Positions 61,706 to 64,000 of a stretch of DNA of 64,000 nucleotides are shown piece after piece. The position numbers and the translations under genes were made by a program. The number at the start of each line of letters is the position of its first letter. Position 1 is the stretch's first letter. The notes below the pieces were generated by a model. It saw only the letters and a list, made by a program, of their open reading frames with translations, was not told the origin of the DNA and searched no databases. Where the stretch lies: positions 124,001 to 188,000 of the forward strand of contig JBNRSN020000524.1 in the NCBI GenBank assembly GCA_051313645.2, written 5' to 3'. Origin of the DNA: Centroscyllium fabricii. Lineage: Eukaryota.

Positions 61706-63868
61706 CCACTTTTACAGAGTTAGCTATTCCGTTTGCACCTTACTGTTTTCATGCACAAAATTACATAAGTTATGAATTCATCATACAATCTTATTCCATA
61801 TGTGAGCAAATACTTGGGTTCCTTGAGGTTGTTTAGTAATTTGTCATCGGAAATGTCGCTGGTAGTCAGACAACTCCAATGAGCAAAGCTGCCTGTACAC
61901 AATACACATGTGCAGAGCTCTGTTTCTCCCCATTGCAGACCATGGGGTGGGCAGTAACCCTGCGAGCGCCTGCTGACGGTACTGGTAGGTGTTGGGGGCA
62001 GTGAACTGGGACAGAAAGGAATGGTGGTTTGAGTCACGCGGTGTGCCAGGCTTATAGCCTAAGAGGTCTGGCAATATTCTGTGGTTTCTCTGAAAATCGT
62101 TACTTTTGGCAGACATTAATACTTTATTTACCACCCTAAATGTATGTTAGTCCACTATTATTATGGGGTTTTGTTTTAGTTTAAAATTTGATTTACCCAT
62201 ACATGTTAAAGTATCGGGAATTTTTAAATCAATCTATGTGGAAAAAACTGCTGCCTGACTCGATTCTAATTATGGTGGCACGTTTGTAGGGAGATGTATC
62301 TACATTCTGAACTTGTAAATCCGCTATAAAGCATCAGTCCCGCAAGAACCTCCAGCATGTACACAACTGCTCAGCCTGTTTGTTGTCTGCAGCGGATTTT
62401 GCATGGGAGGGGGGTTGGTGCTGTTTGCAATGGCGCATTCTTGTGTTGCTTATTAAGATTCACATGGTAACGGTTGATGTGCATTGTTGGATTTATCTGA
62501 ATGCAACAGCCGTGTGAGTTTAACGTGAAAGCCCAGGGCAGTGGTGGGGGCTAAATCCGAGTAGATTGCACACTCTGTTTGGGAAGTAGGGAGAGGGCTG
62601 TTTCGGTACTTTAGTGGCTTTGGATATTGAAGCTGGTGTCCGATTTCCCTGGACTATGGTTTGTTCAGGTATCTCTGTCAGCAACTACTGGTCCTTTCTC
62701 ATTGTTTACTTTCTTAATGAGCTGGGCGGAGCCGCTGGCCTGCTGATTGACAGCTACAAGCTGGTGGACCTGCTCAGCCAGCCAGCAAACCCTTTACCCC
62801 TCAAAGCCTCTCCTCCCACAACCTGCGGACAAGGGATTGCATGTGGGCAATTCGACAGTCGCCTTTTTCAGAAATTAAGAATGACGAATTGTTAAAACAC
62901 ATACATTTAAATAATCTAGATTAAAATTGAACCATAAGTTTTTTTTAATCTGCAGCCTTCATTGATCTTTGAACTGGAAGTTAGTTACTGGACGTTAGTT
63001 GGCTAAATTGATCAAATCTCCGTTGAGAACTGCTAATTTACTGTGCACCTGTCTCAATATGCTGGCTTTCTGTTTTCCCTTAAGTAGATGCATGCCACAT
63101 ACACTCTTATTTAAAGGTATGATGTGCTGTTTGTTGCGTTACACAAATACCAATCTTAAAAGTTACTTAAAACCATTTTGAACTTGTATTTTTTTAAAAG
63201 CTGTTTGCTGAGAATGTGCTGAAATCCGACTTGTGTTTTTTATGCAGTGAAGTTTCTGGCACCTCTTCCATATTAAACCTGATATGAACGGATTGAACCA
63301 CGCGTTTGACAATTTAGTTAATTCTTGATAGGCAGGGGATGGTAACTCTGTAGAATACTATTGATAACATTTGAGCCGGCCCGGTGATGCATTTCTCTGG
63401 TGAAGTGGTTGTGAAATTATGCGCCGGGCTGAAGAATGCAGCAACTCACTTTGCTGGAGTTTTGCTGTTCTCTGTTTATACACAGCGCATGCAATGTTCT
63501 GTAATAAGCAGAGTTTGTTTACCTTTAAAGGATTGAATATTTGGGATATATTTGGTGTTTTGGGATGAAATGTCACTGGCGCACACACCAAGAGAGAAAC
63601 TAATGCCGTTTACACTAGCAATAAGTGACGAGGTCCCGTGCGCCGCTTCCCGCTGACAGGTAACGCCAATTGAAAGAATGCAGAAAGCCGAAACTAAATG
63701 TTGGCCTACACTGTGGCACCAAACCCCGAATAAAGTCATCGTTCCTCTCACCAACGTAACGTGGTCATTCTAACCTGTGGCGAGAATGGATTATGTAATC
63801 AGCATAAACATAACGCTGTTAATGTGTATAATCACAAAACTCGTGAAATAATCGATTGAATCAACTTC

Positions 63869-64000
63869 GGCGGCACGGTGGCATCGTGGTTAGCACTGTT
63901 GCCTTACAGCACTAGAGACCCGGGTTCAAATCCAGCCTCGGCTACTATCTGTGGAGTTTGCACATTCTCCCCGTGTCTGCGTGGGTTTCCTCCGGGTGCT
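63869..64000 (+). mobile_element. V-SINE 5' part (runs off the window)
   Basis: GGCGGCACGGTGGC..GGTTCAAATCC..V-domain. Confidence 0.88.

Overview
Repeat-rich vertebrate intronic DNA, most likely from a cartilaginous fish (shark-type V-SINE/HE1, Deu-type SINEs, CR1, L2 and Penelope-like remnants). The only host coding sequence I can support is two short + strand exons of the EHBP1 C-terminal bMERB domain (23248-23347, 48982-49055). The rest is intron: decayed LINEs, SINEs, two solo LTRs, Harbinger-type and Tigger/pogo-type non-autonomous DNA elements, Penelope-like hairpins with hammerhead ribozyme cores, simple repeats and three N gaps. The standout is a pair of related TA-flanked TIR elements (1621-2278 and 21629-22286). 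Both are exactly 658 bp and built from hairpin-forming arrays of GCGCATGCGC and AAAATGGC motifs. Each carries a different ~235-bp GC-rich cargo starting right after the same CCGCGAAGTT junction. One cargo is a piece of protocadherin-7 coding sequence, lying antisense to the host transcript. Family and gene names come from my recall of motifs, not from database searches.
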